This document shows positions 34,225 through 35,834 of a DNA stretch of 35,834 nucleotides, one piece after another. Location of the stretch: IMG/VR virus record IMGVR_UViG_3300046055_000057, positions 1-35,834 of that record, one strand, 5' to 3'. Source of the DNA: a virus. Lineage: Duplodnaviria > Caudoviricetes. The position numbers and the translations under genes are program-made. The notes beneath the pieces are model-generated. The model saw nothing but the letters and a program-made list of their open reading frames with translations. It was not told where the DNA came from and made no database searches. Position 1 is the first letter of the stretch, and each line of letters begins with the position of its first letter.

Positions 34225-34944
34225 ATGGCTACTCCCAACAACGACTTCACGCCCGGCGAGATCCACAGCACCGACTGGTACATCCTCCCGTTCGATGCGG
34301 ACAAGGCGCGCTTCGATGCGGGCCGTGATGAAAGCCGGTGGACGCGCGTGCGGTTGAAGGCCGGGTGCCACGGTTCCCGCGCGCTCGACGCATCGACGCC
34401 GGGACCCGCATGGGACTACGTCAGCGCCTACCAGGGCGACGCGCGCCTGGCGACGTTCCTGCGCTTGGGCAGCCGACACCACGCCGACTTCCGCGACCTG
34501 CGCGACGCGGGGCGTCTCCTGACGGCGGAGGAATACGAAACGCGGCGACGGCGGGCGATTGCGCTGCACAAGCGCATGGGCGGGCAGCGCGACGACTACG
34601 ACGGGGCGTCCCTCATTATCGGACGCCGGATCGAGAGCCTGATCCAGCTGACGGAGGCCGAGCACAAGCGTGTGCGATCGGCGGTCCTCGCCGCCCACGC
34701 TGGTGACGAGCGCGAGCCGGTGCGCAAGCTGCGCTCCGAGTGCGCCGCCGTCGGCGTGACCGATCCGCTCGTTTGGACGGCGCGCGTGGTGGGGCGCAAA
34801 GAGAGCCGCCTCGCCAGCTACACGAGCCGCGAGATCGGCGATGCACGCCGCCAGCTGCGCCATGACGAGGGGCACGGGCGCGTTGGCGGGCGACACCCGG
34901 GCGAGTCGCTCCAGGCTTACAGGCAGCGCGCGCGGATCTCGTGA
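34225..34944 (+). CDS. Hypothetical early protein (239 aa)
   Basis: ATG after a CACACTCTCTCACA leader; two short 'GR..xSLxxLTxxE'-like helical repeats. Confidence 0.75.
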   Translation: MATPNNDFTPGEIHSTDWYILPFDADKARFDAGRDESRWTRVRLKAGCHGSRALDASTPGPAWDYVSAYQGDARLATFLRLGSRHHADFRDLRDAGRLLTAEEYETRRRRAIALHKRMGGQRDDYDGASLIIGRRIESLIQLTEAEHKRVRSAVLAAHAGDEREPVRKLRSECAAVGVTDPLVWTARVVGRKESRLASYTSREIGDARRQLRHDEGHGRVGGRHPGESLQAYRQRARIS

Positions 34945-34983
34945 CCTGCACGCGCCCCCTCTCCCCTCACCCCTCCTCTGACG

Positions 34984-35715
34984 ATGGACCTGCGAGACAC
35001 ACTCGACGCCCACCAGGACTGGCTTGACGACCGCGACGAAGGCAAGCGCGCCGACCTGCGCGAGGCCGACCTGCGCCGCCTCGACCTGTACGCGGCCGAC
35101 CTGCCCTACGCTGAATTGGCCCGCGCTAACCTGCGTGGGGCCGACCTGCGCCGCGCCAACTTGCAGTGGGCCAATCTGCGCGGCGCTAACTTGCGTCGCG
35201 CTAACTTGCGCGGCGCGAAATTGGCTGGCGCCTACCTGCACGAAGCCGACTTGGGCGAAGCCAGACTGACGGATGCGAACTTGAGATCTGCAAAGCTGAT
35301 AGGCGCCGACTTGAACGAGGCCAGGCTGAAAGATGCCTGCCTTCTCAACGCTAACCTCTCGGGAGCAAATGGCTTGATAAACCCCGCCGAGTATCTCGAG
35401 CTCAAGTTTGAAAGAGACGGAGGCGGCGTGCTCTGCTACAAGGCCTTTGGGAGGAGCTTCGAAGCGCCCGAGTACTGGCGCATCGAGGAAGGGAGCGTGA
35501 TCGAGGAAAACGCCAACCCGATCCGCACGCTTGACTGCGGCTGCGGGGTCAACGTCGCCACACGCGAATGGATACGTGGGCGCTGGCCGGTCCCGCGTGA
35601 GGTCTGGCGCTGTCGGATCGCATGGCTTGACCTGGCGGGCGTGGTGGTGCCCTACAACACCGATGGAAAAGTCCGCGCCGAGCGCGTCCGACTCCTTGAA
35701 AAAGTTGATCTGTAA
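34984..35715 (+). CDS. Pentapeptide-repeat protein with a Cys-containing C-terminal domain (243 aa)
   Basis: About 20 A(D/N)LxX repeats; C-terminal domain with CGCGVNVAT and VVPYNTDGKVR. Confidence 0.92.
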   Translation: MDLRDTLDAHQDWLDDRDEGKRADLREADLRRLDLYAADLPYAELARANLRGADLRRANLQWANLRGANLRRANLRGAKLAGAYLHEADLGEARLTDANLRSAKLIGADLNEARLKDACLLNANLSGANGLINPAEYLELKFERDGGGVLCYKAFGRSFEAPEYWRIEEGSVIEENANPIRTLDCGCGVNVATREWIRGRWPVPREVWRCRIAWLDLAGVVVPYNTDGKVRAERVRLLEKVDL

Positions 35716-35834
35716 TTCTCGCATGGCGTCGTCTCGGGGCGGGGGCGGCGTCTCTCACCCTACACGATACCGCGCCCCTCGCGCCGCGTCATATCCTTTC
35801 AGATTCGATCTACGCACGAAAATGGACACACCGC

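Larger units (their letters stand above)
527..35834. mobile_element. Temperate tailed phage/prophage segment (podovirus-like head-tail module, lysis genes, cI/RHH switch, early genes); continues beyond the right edge
   Basis: Contiguous terS-terL-portal-scaffold-MCP-adaptor-nozzle-tailspike genes, an endolysin and an XRE+S24 repressor. No tape measure, sheath or tube gene, but ejection-type proteins are present. Boundaries are not defined. Confidence 0.93.

Overview
GC-rich (visually ~65-70%) segment of a temperate tailed phage or prophage, very probably podovirus-like. The acidic proteins and C/A-rich leaders without Shine-Dalgarno sites point to a halophilic Rhodothermaeota/Bacteroidota-type host such as Salinibacter (inference). 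The minus strand from ~27.8 kb to 0.5 kb carries the virion module in this order: two ejection/pilot-like proteins; a 2155-aa polyvalent ejected protein (ART-like, zincin and LPD38-like regions); terS; terL; a ~750-bp repeat-rich non-coding gap; portal; scaffold; major capsid protein; two small head-associated genes; an adaptor; an embedded lysis cassette with a pesticin-type endolysin; a second adaptor; a nozzle-like tail protein; and a beta-helix tailspike. A divergent plus-strand array of six accessory genes (28.1-31.6 kb) is punctuated by hairpins and repeated leaders. It is followed by cI with two co-oriented membrane genes, an RHH protein in the cro position and early genes. No integrase or replication gene lies in the window. 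The most notable unexplained signals are non-coding: an identical 16-nt element in two different stems ahead of the scaffold and capsid genes, a multi-repeat module between terL and portal, a TGACA-N6-TGTCA palindrome ahead of both structural modules, and a tRNA-T-arm-like element. All product calls come from motif recognition and synteny; no database searches were run.
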